This document shows positions 37,318 to 48,109 of a stretch of DNA of 64,000 nt, in pieces. Every line of letters starts with the position of its first letter. Position 1 is the first letter of the stretch. The position numbers and the translations under genes are program-made. The notes beneath the pieces were generated by a model that made no database searches, was not told where the DNA came from, and saw only the letters and a program-made list of their open reading frames with translations. Source of the DNA: Alphaproteobacteria bacterium (lineage in GTDB: Bacteria; Pseudomonadota; Alphaproteobacteria; MPNO01); contig OY730228.1 of assembly GCA_963422565.1 (NCBI GenBank), positions 2,817,802 through 2,881,801 on the forward strand. The letters run 5' to 3'.

Positions 37318-38657
37318 CGCATCGCCTCCGCGAGCGCGGCGGCGTAGGTCTCGATCCCGGCCTCGGTCGCCGTCTCGGTCGCCGCGACCAGGACCAGCGG
37401 CTCGGCTGCCGCCTCGCCCGGCAGCAGCCGCGAGACCGGTACGCCGCCGAGGATCCGGCGCTGGGCCAGGGCGTCGATCACCGGGGCCGCCGGACGGTCC
37501 AGCGCGACCGTGAATTCGTTGAAGAAGTCGGTGTTGCGGACCGAGACGCCCGGAACGGCGTCGAGCCGTTCCGCCAGGCTGACCGCGAGGCCGTGATTGA
37601 GACGCGCGAGCCGCCGCAGACCGACCGCTCCGAGGAGGCTCAGATGGATCGAGAACGCGAGAGCGCAGAGACCGGCGCTGGTACAGATATTGCTGGTCGC
37701 CTTCTCGCGCCGGATATGCTGCTCGCGGGCGACGAGGGTAAGGACCCAGCCTCGTTGCCCGTCCGCGTCCCGCGCTTCGCCGACGAGGCGTCCCGGCATC
37801 TGCCGGACATGGCGGTCGCGGCAGGAGAACAGACCGACCGAGGGGCCGCCGAAGCTCAACGGATTGCCGAGCGATCCCCCCTCCCCGGTGACGATGTCCG
37901 CCCCCATCTCCCCCGGCGTGCGCAGGAGGCCGAGGGCAACCACCTCGGTGACCGCCACCGCCAGCAGCGCGCCGGCGCGGCGGCAGGCCGCGGCGAGACC
38001 GCCGAGATCGCGGAGCCGGCCGAAGAAGTCCGGATATTGCACCACGACGCAGGCGGTTCTGTCGTCGACCGCCTCGGCCGGGTCTTCGCCGCCGTCATAG
38101 TCGACGGCGAGCGCGTCGATCTCGATCGGCTGGAAGGCGACCCCGGTCTCGACGACCCGCCGATATTGCGGATGGAGGGCGCCGGAGACCACGACCCGCC
38201 GGCGCCCGGTGACGCGCGTCGCCATGCGCACCCCCTCGAGACAGGCGGTCGCACCGTCATACATGGAGGCGTTGGCGATATCGAGCCCGGTGAGCAGCGC
38301 CACCTGGGTCTGGAACTCGAACAGGCTCTGCAGCGTGCCCTGGGAGATTTCGGGTTGGTAGGGCGTATAGGACGTCAGGAACTCGCCGCGCTGGATCAGC
38401 GCATCGACGCTCGCCGGGACATGGTGGCGGTAGCGGCCGGCCCCGACGAAAAACGGCACCGAGCCGGCCGCCATGTTGCGGGAGGCGAGCGCCGCCAGGC
38501 TGCGTTCGACCTCGATCTCCCCGGCATGGGCCGGAAGGTCGATCTCGGGCGCCCTCGCCGACTCGGGCACGTCCCCGAACAGAGCCTCGACATCGGAGAC
38601 GCCGATCTCCGACAGCATGAGCCGACGGTCGGCGTCGGTGAGGGGAAGATAGCGCAT
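37314..38657 (-). CDS. gcvPA: glycine dehydrogenase subunit 1
   Basis: 447 aa with the GcvPA motifs [13 protein letters not shown] and [11 protein letters not shown]. Confidence 0.92.
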   Translation of the reverse strand: MRYLPLTDADRRLMLSEIGVSDVEALFGDVPESARAPEIDLPAHAGEIEVERSLAALASRNMAAGSVPFFVGAGRYRHHVPASVDALIQRGEFLTSYTPYQPEISQGTLQSLFEFQTQVALLTGLDIANASMYDGATACLEGVRMATRVTGRRRVVVSGALHPQYRRVVETGVAFQPIEIDALAVDYDGGEDPAEAVDDRTACVVVQYPDFFGRLRDLGGLAAACRRAGALLAVAVTEVVALGLLRTPGEMGADIVTGEGGSLGNPLSFGGPSVGLFSCRDRHVRQMPGRLVGEARDADGQRGWVLTLVAREQHIRREKATSNICTSAGLCALAFSIHLSLLGAVGLRRLARLNHGLAVSLAERLDAVPGVSVRNTDFFNEFTVALDRPAAPVIDALAQRRILGGVPVSRLLPGEAAAEPLVLVAATETATEAGIETYAAALAEAMR

Positions 38658-38678
38658 CGCCTCGGTCGCCCGCCGCCG

Positions 38679-39056
38679 TCAGAACCTGCCCAGATAGGAC
38701 TCGTAGGCGGCCGCATCCATCAGCCCGTCGAGCTCGGACGGATCGGACATCCGGATCGAGAAGAACCAGCCTTCGCCCGTCGGCGCGCTGTTGACCAGCC
38801 CCGGTTCCTCGTCGAGCGGCCCGTTGACGGCGACGATTTCGCCGGTGACGGGCGCATAGACCTCACTGGCCGCCTTCACCGACTCGACCACGGCCGCCTC
38901 GTCTCCGCGGGCGAAGCTCCGGCCGGGTTCCGGGAGCTCGACGAACACGACATCTCCGAGCTGCTCCTGGGCGTAATCGCTGATGCCGACGACGGCGATA
39001 CCGCCCCCCTCGACTCGAACCCATTCGTGATCCTCGCTGAATCGAAGTTCAGCCAT
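38679..39056 (-). CDS. gcvH: glycine cleavage system protein H
   Basis: 125 aa with the lipoyl-lysine motif in [13 protein letters not shown]. Confidence 0.92.
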   Translation of the reverse strand: MAELRFSEDHEWVRVEGGGIAVVGISDYAQEQLGDVVFVELPEPGRSFARGDEAAVVESVKAASEVYAPVTGEIVAVNGPLDEEPGLVNSAPTGEGWFFSIRMSDPSELDGLMDAAAYESYLGRF

Positions 39057-40188
39057 GAACGGTCTCCCTTCCTCGACGCTTGGCGTAGCGGTGCGGGACG
39101 AAGGGCAGCGCCGCGATCCGCGCGGGCCGCGCCATGCCGCGGATCGCGACCTCGATCGGCGCGCCTGCCGCAGCGGCGGCGCTCCCGACATAGCCCATCG
39201 CCACCGGCGCGGCGAGGCTCGGCGCATAACCGCCGCTGGTCACCGCCCCGATGACCGCGCCCGCGCCATCCCTCAGCTCTGCGCCGGCACGCGCCGGCGC
39301 CCGCCCCTCGGGCGCGACCCCGATGCGCCGGCGCGGCGGCCCCGACGAGAGCTGGTCGCGGATGATCGTGTCGCCGGGAAACCCTCCCTCGGCGCGCCGG
39401 CGCTTCGCTATCGTCCAGGTGAGCCCCGCTTCGACCGGGGTGGTCTCGCGGCCGATATCCCGCCCGTAGAGGCAGAGCCCGGCCTCCAGCCGCAGCGTAT
39501 CGCGCGCGCCCAGCCCGGCGGGCGCGACGCCCGGCGCATCGAGCAGGCGGCGGGCGATCCGCTCGGCGTCCTCGCCGGGGATCGAAATCTCGAAGCCATC
39601 CTCCCCGGTATAGCCCGAGCGCATGACGGCGAGCCGGACGCCGTCCACGACGAAGGGCGCCGCGGTCATGAAGTCGAGCGCCGCGGCCTCGGGCGCGATC
39701 GCGCCGATCGCCGCGGCCGCGCCCGGGCCCTGGAGGGCGAGCAGCGCGCGGCCTTCGATCTCGGCCACCCGGCATCCCGAGGGAAGGGCGCCCGCGATAT
39801 GGGCGAGATCGCCCGCCTTGCATGCGGCGTTGACGACGAGAAACAGATAGGCGCCCACATTGACGACGATCAGGTCGTCGACGATGCCCCCGGTTTCTGC
39901 GGTCAACATCGTGTAGCGCATGCGGCCGGGCGCCAGGCCGGAGATGTCGGCGGGTACGAGCGCTTCGAACGCCCGCGCGCGTGCCGCGCCCGTCACGACG
40001 AGCTGCCCCATATGGGAGACATCGAAGAGCGAGGCCGCGCTTCTACAGTGCAGATGCTCGGCGACGATCCCGGTCCCGTAATGAAGCGGCAGCGAGAAAC
40101 CGGCGAACGGGACCATCCTCGCGCCGAGCGCGCGATGGAGGGCGCTCAACGGGCTGGAAAGCGAGACGGCGTCCTTGGCTGCGGACAC
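39049..40188 (-). CDS. gcvT: glycine cleavage system aminomethyltransferase T
   Basis: GcvT motifs [13 protein letters not shown] and FDVSHMGQ. The likely start is GTG 40188, behind a GGAG SD. Confidence 0.88.
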   Translation of the reverse strand: MSAAKDAVSLSSPLSALHRALGARMVPFAGFSLPLHYGTGIVAEHLHCRSAASLFDVSHMGQLVVTGAARARAFEALVPADISGLAPGRMRYTMLTAETGGIVDDLIVVNVGAYLFLVVNAACKAGDLAHIAGALPSGCRVAEIEGRALLALQGPGAAAAIGAIAPEAAALDFMTAAPFVVDGVRLAVMRSGYTGEDGFEISIPGEDAERIARRLLDAPGVAPAGLGARDTLRLEAGLCLYGRDIGRETTPVEAGLTWTIAKRRRAEGGFPGDTIIRDQLSSGPPRRRIGVAPEGRAPARAGAELRDGAGAVIGAVTSGGYAPSLAAPVAMGYVGSAAAAAGAPIEVAIRGMARPARIAALPFVPHRYAKRRGRETVHG

Positions 40189-40233
40189 GGGCGACTCCGG
40201 CAGACGGCACGAAGCGTTCGTGCCGCGCGCCCC

Positions 40234-40430
40234 CTCTGTCGCTGAACCTGAGAGAATCGCCCGACCGGCGCCGAGCCGATCCGGCTTACCCCTTCGGTGA
40301 GGCCGCACCGCATCCGAAGATGGCGCGGCCTGCTCTCCAGAGACACATCCCCCTGCGGTCCCTGATGCCTGAGAGTTTCCGGGACCCTTGCTCCTTCGGC
40401 GCCGGCCAGGGGCCGGCCTCTCCCGCAGGG
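40234..40430 (-). ncRNA. tandem glycine riboswitch (two aptamers) in the gcvT leader
   Basis: Minus-strand aptamer 1: CCTGCGGGAGAGGCCGG...GGCGCCGAAGGAGCAAGGG...CTCTCAGGCATCAGGGACCGCAGG. Aptamer 2: CTCTGGAGAGCAGG...CACCGAAGGGGTAAGCC...CTCTCAGGTTCAGCGACAGAG. Both show the conserved GGAGAG, CGCCGAAGGAGCAA-type and CTCTCAGGCA-type blocks and closed P1 stems. An 8-bp hairpin GGCACGAA/TTCGTGCC follows, just before the SD. Confidence 0.9.
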
Positions 40431-40661
40431 TTCATCTGTGTAACGCAGCACCGACCATGACGGCCGATATCAGACGATACCCGCCTGGGAACAGGCCGGT
40501 CAACCGGAATCCGAAGCCGCTCTCCCCGACGGGCATATGCGCCGACATGTTGTCGGGTTCTCGAGGTCGTGTCCGGTCGTGGGTACGCGAAACGGGGCGT
40601 TTCGGCGGACGACCTGCTGCGGGGGCGGCGGAGAAGAGGAGCGGCAGGGCCGTCGGTCGCG

Positions 40662-41522
40662 CTATCGACGGTGCTGCATGACCCGGTGCTCGACATAGAG
40701 GATGATCAGATACATCACCGTCGAGATGAGCGCGAGAATGGTGATGGCGGTCATCACCAGGTCCATCGCGAAAATCTGGCTGCCGTAGATGATCAGATGG
40801 CCGAGCCCCGCCTTGGCCGCCTGGAACTCGCCGACGATCACGCCGACAAGGGCGAGCCCGACATTGATCTTCAGCGCGGCGATAATCACCGGCACGTTGC
40901 CGGGCAGCACCACCTTGCGCAGGATCTGCGCCTTGCTGGCGCCGAACGTGCGGATCAGCTTGATCTTGTTCGGATCGGATTCGCGGAAGCCCGAATATAC
41001 CATCAGGATGGTGATGAACAGCGCGATGGCGATTGCCATCGCGTAGATCGAGGCCTCGTCGCCGAGCCAGATATAGAAGATGGGGACCAGCGCGATCTTG
41101 GGCAGCGCGTTCGCCACCACCATGAACGGGTCGACGACGCGGTAGAGGAATTCCCACCACCAGAGCGCCATGGCGACCGCCACGCCGAGGACCATCGAGA
41201 TAACGAAGCCGACGATGGTCTCCACCAACGTGACCCAGCTATGGTGGAGGATGTCGTTGTCCTCCGCCCCGACCATCTCGACGAAGGCGGGCCAGATCGC
41301 CGACGGATAGCTGGTCAGCATCGGGTTTACCCAATGCGCGCGGGGCGCGACCTCCCAGATCACGAGGAAGGCGAGCAGGATGAGCGCCTGGCAGGCGAGA
41401 ATCAGCCGCCGCCGCAGGCGCACCCGGCGCAGAAAGGCCGCGTACATCTCGCTCGGTCCTCTCGCCTCCCCCGAGGCGGAGCCCGACGGAACGGGCCGGG
41501 CTTCGCGGTCAACCGCCGACAT
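40662..41522 (-). CDS. ABC transporter permease (NitT/TauT/SsuC family)
   Basis: BPD_transp_1-like with an EAA-like loop (IRTFGASKAQILRKVVLP). The true start may be the internal M at 41447. Confidence 0.82.
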   Translation of the reverse strand: MSAVDREARPVPSGSASGEARGPSEMYAAFLRRVRLRRRLILACQALILLAFLVIWEVAPRAHWVNPMLTSYPSAIWPAFVEMVGAEDNDILHHSWVTLVETIVGFVISMVLGVAVAMALWWWEFLYRVVDPFMVVANALPKIALVPIFYIWLGDEASIYAMAIAIALFITILMVYSGFRESDPNKIKLIRTFGASKAQILRKVVLPGNVPVIIAALKINVGLALVGVIVGEFQAAKAGLGHLIIYGSQIFAMDLVMTAITILALISTVMYLIILYVEHRVMQHRR

Positions 41523-42297
41523 GGATCTCGAGCTCTCCCCATATCCGGTTGAAATAGTCGCGGAACTCCGGCCGGTCGCGCGCCTCGAACGGGGTCGGCC
41601 GCGCCGACCCGGCGTTCCCGAAGCGGATCTCGTGCTCCGCCTTCACGAAGCCCGGCCGTTTGCCCATCACCACCACCCGATCGGCCATGCTCACGGCTTC
41701 GGAGATATCGTGCGTGACCAGGATCACCGTCTTGCCTTCGCGGCGCAGTATCTCGCCCACCTCGTCGGCGAGGGCCAGGCGGGTCTGGAAGTCCAGCGCC
41801 GAGAACGGTTCGTCGAGCAGCAGGATCTCGGGCTCCGTGCACAGCGTTCGGGCCAGCGCGGCGCGCTGGCGCATCCCTCCCGAGAGCTGGTGCGGATAGT
41901 GGGCGACGAACTCTCCGAGGCCGTAGCGGCGCAGCAATTCCAGCGCCCGGTCCCGCGCGCGGTTCATGTCGAGGCCCTGGATCTCGGGTCCGATCAGGAC
42001 GTTCTGGAGGATCGAGCGCCACTCGAAGAGATAGTCCTGCTGCAGCATGTAGCCGCAGAGCCGCGAGGGTCCGCGGACCGGCTTCCCGTCGACCAGCACC
42101 TCGCCGGCGTTGGGCTCGAGAATCCCCGCGATGAGCGACAGCAGGGTGGATTTGCCGCACCCGCTCTGGCCGACGATGCCGACGAACTCGCCCGGCAGGA
42201 TGCTTAGCGACAGGCCGCGGACCGCCTCCGTCTCGCCCTCCAGGGTGAAATAGCGGAGATGGATGCCGCGCAGTTCGACCTTGGGAACGGGCGCCAC
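41509..42297 (-). CDS. ABC transporter ATP-binding protein (NitT/TauT family)
   Basis: Walker A GQSGCGKST, the ABC signature LSGGMRQR and Walker B LLLDEP. Confidence 0.88.
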   Translation of the reverse strand: MAPVPKVELRGIHLRYFTLEGETEAVRGLSLSILPGEFVGIVGQSGCGKSTLLSLIAGILEPNAGEVLVDGKPVRGPSRLCGYMLQQDYLFEWRSILQNVLIGPEIQGLDMNRARDRALELLRRYGLGEFVAHYPHQLSGGMRQRAALARTLCTEPEILLLDEPFSALDFQTRLALADEVGEILRREGKTVILVTHDISEAVSMADRVVVMGKRPGFVKAEHEIRFGNAGSARPTPFEARDRPEFRDYFNRIWGELEIHVGG

Positions 42298-42308
42298 TGC
42301 CGCGACGC

Positions 42309-43328
42309 CTACCGCACCGATTTCTTGGCGGCCTCCGAGAACCGGGTCGTTACCACCCGCTCATAGGCGACCCGCTTGTCGGCCTTCAGCACGCCGCCCT
42401 CGACCAGGATGTCCTGCAATGCCGAAATCGCTTCGGGACGGGTGGTCGGATCGGTCTTCCAGATGCCGAACCGACGATAGCGCGAGACCGACGCCGCGAT
42501 ATCGCCCAGCTCCACCTTGGGGAACCATTTGGCGATGGCCTTGGCCGCGGTGTCGGCATCGGCGTTCTGGATCCATTTCTGCGCCTTGTGGACGGCATTG
42601 GCCCAGCCCTGGACGATCTCGGGGTTCTTCTCGATATAGCTGTCAGTCGCCATGAACACCGTGTAATCGACCGGACCCACCTCCTTGCCGACGGAGGCCA
42701 CCGGATAGGCGATGTCCTGACGCGAGAGCCTGCTGACATCGGGCTCGAAGAACACGGAGAAGTCCGCCTTGTTGACCATCCAGGCGCCGACTCGGGCGGG
42801 AATAGCGATGTTGGTGACATGGTCGATGTCCCGCTTGGGACTGATCCCGTGCTTCTTCATGGCGTATTCGAGGAACAGCCCGGGAGTCGAGCCGGGCCGC
42901 CAACCCATCACCGTCTTGCCCCGGATCATGGTCCATTCGAACCGCTCCATGGTCATCTTCTCGCGGGACATCAGGAACAGGCCGTCGGTCGCGGTGATCG
43001 CGGCGAACATCTTGGTCTTCTCGGGCGAGGCGCCGTTCTCGACATAGATCGCCGTCTCGGGACCCTGCAGGACGATATCGACATTGCCCGACAGCAGCAT
43101 CGCGGTTCCCTTGTCGCCGCCCCAGGCGGTGGTCATGTCGACCTCGATCCCCTGGTCGCGGAAATAGCCGTTCGCGATCGCGACATATTTGGGCAGGTAG
43201 AACACGGAGCGCACGACTTCGGCGTATTTGACCTTGGTCGGCTTCTGCGCCCGGGCCTCGCCGGCCACGGCCGAAATCAATGTCGGCGCAAGGGCCGCAA
43301 GACAGATTAGCGTGCGAACGATCGTCAT
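42309..43328 (-). CDS. ABC transporter substrate-binding protein (NMT1/THI5-like, sulfonate/nitrate/taurine family)
   Basis: 339 aa with the signal peptide MTIVRTLICLAALAPTLISAVAGEARA and an SsuA/NMT1-type fold. Confidence 0.8.
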   Translation of the reverse strand: MTIVRTLICLAALAPTLISAVAGEARAQKPTKVKYAEVVRSVFYLPKYVAIANGYFRDQGIEVDMTTAWGGDKGTAMLLSGNVDIVLQGPETAIYVENGASPEKTKMFAAITATDGLFLMSREKMTMERFEWTMIRGKTVMGWRPGSTPGLFLEYAMKKHGISPKRDIDHVTNIAIPARVGAWMVNKADFSVFFEPDVSRLSRQDIAYPVASVGKEVGPVDYTVFMATDSYIEKNPEIVQGWANAVHKAQKWIQNADADTAAKAIAKWFPKVELGDIAASVSRYRRFGIWKTDPTTRPEAISALQDILVEGGVLKADKRVAYERVVTTRFSEAAKKSVR

Positions 43329-43619
43329 GATCCTTTCCCCCGATCCCGGTTCATCCGCGGTGCGTAACCGTGCCCCGGCGCGCATCGAGCCCGGTTTCGC
43401 CTGCCGCCCTGCCCTCATTCTGCCCCGGAGGCGGAGGATTGGTCCAGCGCGTCGCCGGCGGCGCGGCAATTCTCGTCATCGGCCGCGACGATCTCGTTCC
43501 GGCCCTCTCCGGGGAGTCCGGGTGTCGGGCCGCTCGGCGGATCCCGCGGCCTTGCGGAAGCCGGCCGGTCCTGCTTCCATCCGAGGCGGCGGCCGGCATG
43601 ACGAGGAGCATCGGAGAGG

Positions 43620-44612
43620 ATGGGCACCGGACTCGGAATTCGCTTCGACGGCTTCGATTCCGTCCCGGACAGCCTGGACATCGCCCGCAAGGCGGAGCGG
43701 GCGGGCGCGGCCCAGATCTGGATGGCCGAGCATATGGGCTATCGCGAGGCCGTCGCCGCCTGCATGGCGTATGCGATGTCGACCGAGTCAGCGACCGTGA
43801 TTCCGACGGCGATCAGCCCGTATCTCTGGCATCCGATGCCGACGGCGATGTCGCTCGCGACTCTCTGCGATATCGCGCCCGGTCGGGTCGCCGTCGCGGT
43901 CGGCGTGGGCAATCCGCTGTTTCTCGGCGAAGCGGGTATCGAGCCGGTCAAACCGGTTCGGGCGGTTCGCGAGTTCGTCGAATGCCTGCGCGCGCTATGG
44001 ACCGGCGCGCCGGTGACCCGCGACGGAACGTTCTTCCGTCTCTCCGGCGCGCGCATGGCCTTCACCCCCGCCCATCCGATTCCGATCTACATCGCGGCGA
44101 CCGGGCAACGGATGCTGCGCTTGAGCGGGCGGATCGCCGACGGGGTGGTGCTGTCCGGCGGGCTGTCGGTCGCCCATGTCCGGTACAGCCTCGGGCGGGT
44201 CGCCGAGGGCGCGCGCGCCGCCGACCGCGACCCGGCCGAGTTCCGCAGCGCCGCTTTCCTCTATTTCTCGGTTTCGAAGGACGGGCGGGACGCGGTGGAC
44301 TATTTGCGGGGCCGACTCGCCTTCCTGTTCCGCAACCGCGCGATGGCGGAGAATATCCGCTCGTCCGGGCTCCCCATCGATCATGAGGCGATCATCGACG
44401 CGGTCGCACGGCGCGACATGGAGCGCGCCAAGCGGCTCGTTCCCGACGATGCGGTCGATGCGTTCGCCGTGGGCGGCACGCCGCGCGACTGCCGCGACCG
44501 GCTCCGAGCCTATCTCGATACCGGTGTGACGGAGCCCGTGATCCAGATCAGCGGACCGCCCGAGAGCCGGAACCTCGCGCTCGCCGTCCTCCGGGAATTC
44601 GCCGCGGGATGA
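43620..44612 (+). CDS. LLM-class (luciferase-like) flavin-dependent oxidoreductase
   Basis: 330 aa with a TIM-barrel LLM pattern (AERAGAAQIWMAEHMG..., ...GDGVVLSGG...). Its stop overlaps the next start (ATGA). Confidence 0.8.
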   Translation: MGTGLGIRFDGFDSVPDSLDIARKAERAGAAQIWMAEHMGYREAVAACMAYAMSTESATVIPTAISPYLWHPMPTAMSLATLCDIAPGRVAVAVGVGNPLFLGEAGIEPVKPVRAVREFVECLRALWTGAPVTRDGTFFRLSGARMAFTPAHPIPIYIAATGQRMLRLSGRIADGVVLSGGLSVAHVRYSLGRVAEGARAADRDPAEFRSAAFLYFSVSKDGRDAVDYLRGRLAFLFRNRAMAENIRSSGLPIDHEAIIDAVARRDMERAKRLVPDDAVDAFAVGGTPRDCRDRLRAYLDTGVTEPVIQISGPPESRNLALAVLREFAAG

Positions 44613-46928
44613 TGGCGGGCCGATGGCCGGCGGGCACGCTGCGACCGGGCGTCCCGGTACGGCGCAGCGAGGATCGGCGGCTGCTCACGGGCGGCGGACG
44701 GTTCCTCGACGACCTCGCCCCGCCCGACACCGCGCACGCCGCGTTCCTGCGCTCGCCCCACGCCCATGCCCGGCTCTCGGTCGTCGATGCGGCAGCGGCC
44801 CGCGGGCTGTCGGGCGTGCGCGCCGTCCTCACCGGGGAGGACTACGCGGCCGACGGCCTCGGCGGGCTGACATGCGGCGAACGGGCGGCCAGACGCGACG
44901 GTTCGCCGATGCGCGTGCCGCCCCGTCCCGCCCTGCCGACCGAACGGGTGCGCCATGTCGGCGAGGCCGTTGCCATGGTCGTCGCCGAGACCGAAGCCGT
45001 CGCCCGGGACGCGGCCGAGCTCGTGCGGGTGGAGTATGAGCCGATGGCGGCGGTCACGCGCACGGCCGACGCCCGATCCGGTGCCGCCCCGCCGGTCTGG
45101 GACGACTGCCTCGACAACGAGGCCTTCGTCGCCAAAGCCGGGGACCCGGAGGAGTTCGCCCGGGTGCAGGCGGCGGCCGCGTATCTGGTCGACCAGCGGC
45201 TGGTCAACCAACGCGTGGCCGCGAACACGATCGAGCCGCGCGGCGCGCTCGCCGTTCCCGGCGCCTGCGACCGCCTCACGCTTCACGCCGGGGTTCACAG
45301 CCCCCACGCGTTGCGGGACATCTTGGCGCACGACATCTTCCGGCTGCCGCCGAGCCGTTTTCGGGTCGTGACCGGCGATGTCGGGGGCAGCTTCGGCATG
45401 CGCGGCGCGAACTATCCGGAGCTCGTCCTCGTCCCCTGGGCGGCGCGCCGGCTGGCGCGGCCGGTCAAGTGGATCGCGTCGCGCGGCGAGGGCCTGATCG
45501 GCGACGATCACGGGCGGGACATGATCAGCGACGCCCGTCTGGCACTCGACGGGGAGGGCCGCATTCTCGGCCTGCGCGCGGCGCTGACGGTCAATCTCGG
45601 CGCCTACCCGGCATTCAAGGGGCCGCGCTCGGCCCTGAATGCCCTGACCCTGTTGTCCGGCGTCTACCGCATTCCGGTTTTCGACCTCGAAGCGGCCGGC
45701 GTCCATACCCATACCAACGCCACCTCTCCCTATCGCGGCGCCGGTGCCCCCGAAGCGGCCTATGTTCTCGAGCGGATCCTGGACAAGGCGGCCCGGACCC
45801 TCGGAGCCGACCGCGTCGCGCTGCGCCGACGCAACTTGATCGCGGAGCGCGACATGCCCTACGATACCCGCCTCGGCTGGGTCTATGATGGCGGCGCCTT
45901 CGAACGGACGATGGACGAGGCGGCAAGGCGCGCGGACCTCGCGGGATACGGCGCCCGCCGCCTCGCCTCTCGCCGCCGCGGCCGTCTGCGGGGCGCAGGC
46001 ATCTGCAACGGTCTGGGACAGACGGCCCGGTCGGGTGGCGAGGCGGCGGCGGTCGGGCTGGACAGCGACGGCGTCGCGACGGCGTGTGTCGGCAGCGCGC
46101 CCCAGGGCCAGGGGCACGAAACCGTCTACCGCCGGATCCTGAGCGCCGCGCTGGGCATCGATCCGGCCGGGATACGGGTGCGGACGGGCGACACCGATGC
46201 GGTCTCGACCGGCGGCGGCACCTTTCAACTCGCGCTCTCTGGTCTGCGGGGGGACGGCGGTCGCACGGGCCGCCGAGGAGCTGGTCGACTCGGGAAGAGA
46301 GGCCGCCTCGGAGCGGCTCGAGGCGTCGAAGGCCGATATCGCGTTCGCCGCCGGCCGCTACATCGTCGCCGGAACGGATCAGTCGGTCTCCCTGGTCGAG
46401 GTCGCGGCGATGGCAGGCGGCCGCCTCGCCGGTGCGGCGCGCTACACGCCCGACTCGGCGACCTTTCCCGCCGGCTGCCATGTCTGCGAGGTCGAGATCG
46501 ACCCGGAGACCGGCGAGGTCTCGATCGCCCGCTATGTCGCGGTCGACGATGTGGGCGCTGTCTTCAACCCGCTTCTGCTCGACGGGCAGATCCACGGCGG
46601 TGCGGCCCAGGGGATCGGTCAAGCGCTCTTCGAACGCGTCGTCTTCGACGGCGAGAGCGGCCAGAACCTGACCGGTTCGTTCATGGACTACGCCATGCCG
46701 CGGGCCGACGATCTCTGCTCCTTCCGGACCGGATACAACCCGGTGCCGACCGCGCTCAACCCTCTCGGCGCGAAGGGGGCCGGGGAGGCCGGCACGGTCT
46801 GCGCCCTGCCGGCGGTGATGTGCGCCGTCGTCGATGCGCTCGGCCCCGAGGCGGGCGAGGGTCTCGACATGCCGGCGACGCCGGAACGCATCCTCCGCCG
46901 GTTGAGAAGCGTCCGGAGAGTCGGCTGA
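44609..46928 (+). pseudogene. xanthine dehydrogenase family large subunit (form-II CODH-like, YRGAG motif), disrupted by a 1-nt frameshift near 46225
   Basis: N-terminal frame 44609..46228 carries RSEDRRLLTGGGRFLDDL and TSPYRGAGAPEAAY, then loses homology after GGGTF. Frame 46197..46928 resumes with SRSLVCGGTAVARAAEELV and runs to a canonical C-terminus (GAKGAGEAG). The two frames join if one T is removed from acctTTcaactcg. Confidence 0.7.
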
Positions 46929-46955
46929 CCCGGCGCCCGCCCGGCACGGCCGCCG

Positions 46956-48071
46956 TCAGGTCCCGCCTCGGTCGGGAAACCCGTTCTCGAGCAGATCGAG
47001 GAAGGCATCGCGGGTGATTCCGGCGAGCCCCATCCTGGCGAGAGTCAACCCCTCCGCGCGGAAATCCCGCTCCAGGATCACCGACGCCAGATGGATGACG
47101 TGATCGATCGTCGGCGTCGGAACGTCGGCGAGGCGGCCGAGCTCCGAATAGATCAGATGGCCGTAGGGCACGTCCTCGAGCAGATAGCGATGGTTCAGGC
47201 TCGTCGGCGCCATGATCCATCGGTCCGGCTCGCTCTGGTGGAAGGCTTCGTATGCGCGTCCGGAGGCGCCCGCCTCGTCGGTCGTGTAGCCCATACGCCA
47301 GAAGAGCTCGACGAACGGCATGCTGCGCGCATCGAGCGCATCGGCGACGGCGAGGCGTTCGCGGTCGACGGCATCGATCAATCTGCCGACCGCAGGCGTG
47401 ATCCCATCGTAATAGTGACGGAAGTCGCCGCCCGTCGCTTCGATTCGACCCGCGTTGCAGAGCACGGCAGGGGGATGATGGATGGCGTTGCCGTAGGGGA
47501 AAACGGTCTCGAGAACGTTGGAAAACGGCCGTATCGTCGGATAGACGGTTCTCACGATTTCGTAGAGACGCGGCGTTTCTCGTCCGGGGAAGCCGCCGAA
47601 CACCATGAAGTTCGACACCCGCGAGATCCGGCATTTTGTCGGTTCCACGCGGCGGCAGAGATAGGGGAGCGTCGCCGTCTCGCAGAAGACCGGACGCGCG
47701 ACGCCGTGTTCCCGGAGCACGTGCGGGATCAGCAGGAGCGTATGGCCCGGCGATACGAAGAGAACCTGTTCCTCGGTCAGATGCGGCGCGGCGGCCGAGA
47801 CCCATTTCTCGTGAAGATGGGCGGGGCTTACGATCATCACCAGATCCGCACCGTCCATCGCCGCTTCGGCGTCCTCGGTTATCAGCGCGAGCGGCGCGAA
47901 GCCCTCGCCGAACGGCGCGGCGTAACGGATGCCGCCGATGTCCCGGAGCGGCGCCAACGCATCCCGGTCCTGGCTGTAGAGCCGTATTTCGAAGCCCAGG
48001 GTCGCCAGATGCGCGGCCGCCGATGTGCCGCCCCCACCGGCGCCGAAGACCGCGATCCGATCGACCGTCAT
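46956..48071 (-). CDS. NAD/NADP-dependent octopine/nopaline (opine) dehydrogenase family protein
   Basis: 371 aa with an N-terminal Rossmann fold (IAVFGAGGGGTSAAAHL) and an opine-DH C-terminal domain. Confidence 0.65.
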   Translation of the reverse strand: MTVDRIAVFGAGGGGTSAAAHLATLGFEIRLYSQDRDALAPLRDIGGIRYAAPFGEGFAPLALITEDAEAAMDGADLVMIVSPAHLHEKWVSAAAPHLTEEQVLFVSPGHTLLLIPHVLREHGVARPVFCETATLPYLCRRVEPTKCRISRVSNFMVFGGFPGRETPRLYEIVRTVYPTIRPFSNVLETVFPYGNAIHHPPAVLCNAGRIEATGGDFRHYYDGITPAVGRLIDAVDRERLAVADALDARSMPFVELFWRMGYTTDEAGASGRAYEAFHQSEPDRWIMAPTSLNHRYLLEDVPYGHLIYSELGRLADVPTPTIDHVIHLASVILERDFRAEGLTLARMGLAGITRDAFLDLLENGFPDRGGT

Positions 48072-48109
48072 GAAGCGGCTTCCCCCGCCGTTCTTCGCGG
48101 CGCCCTCAG

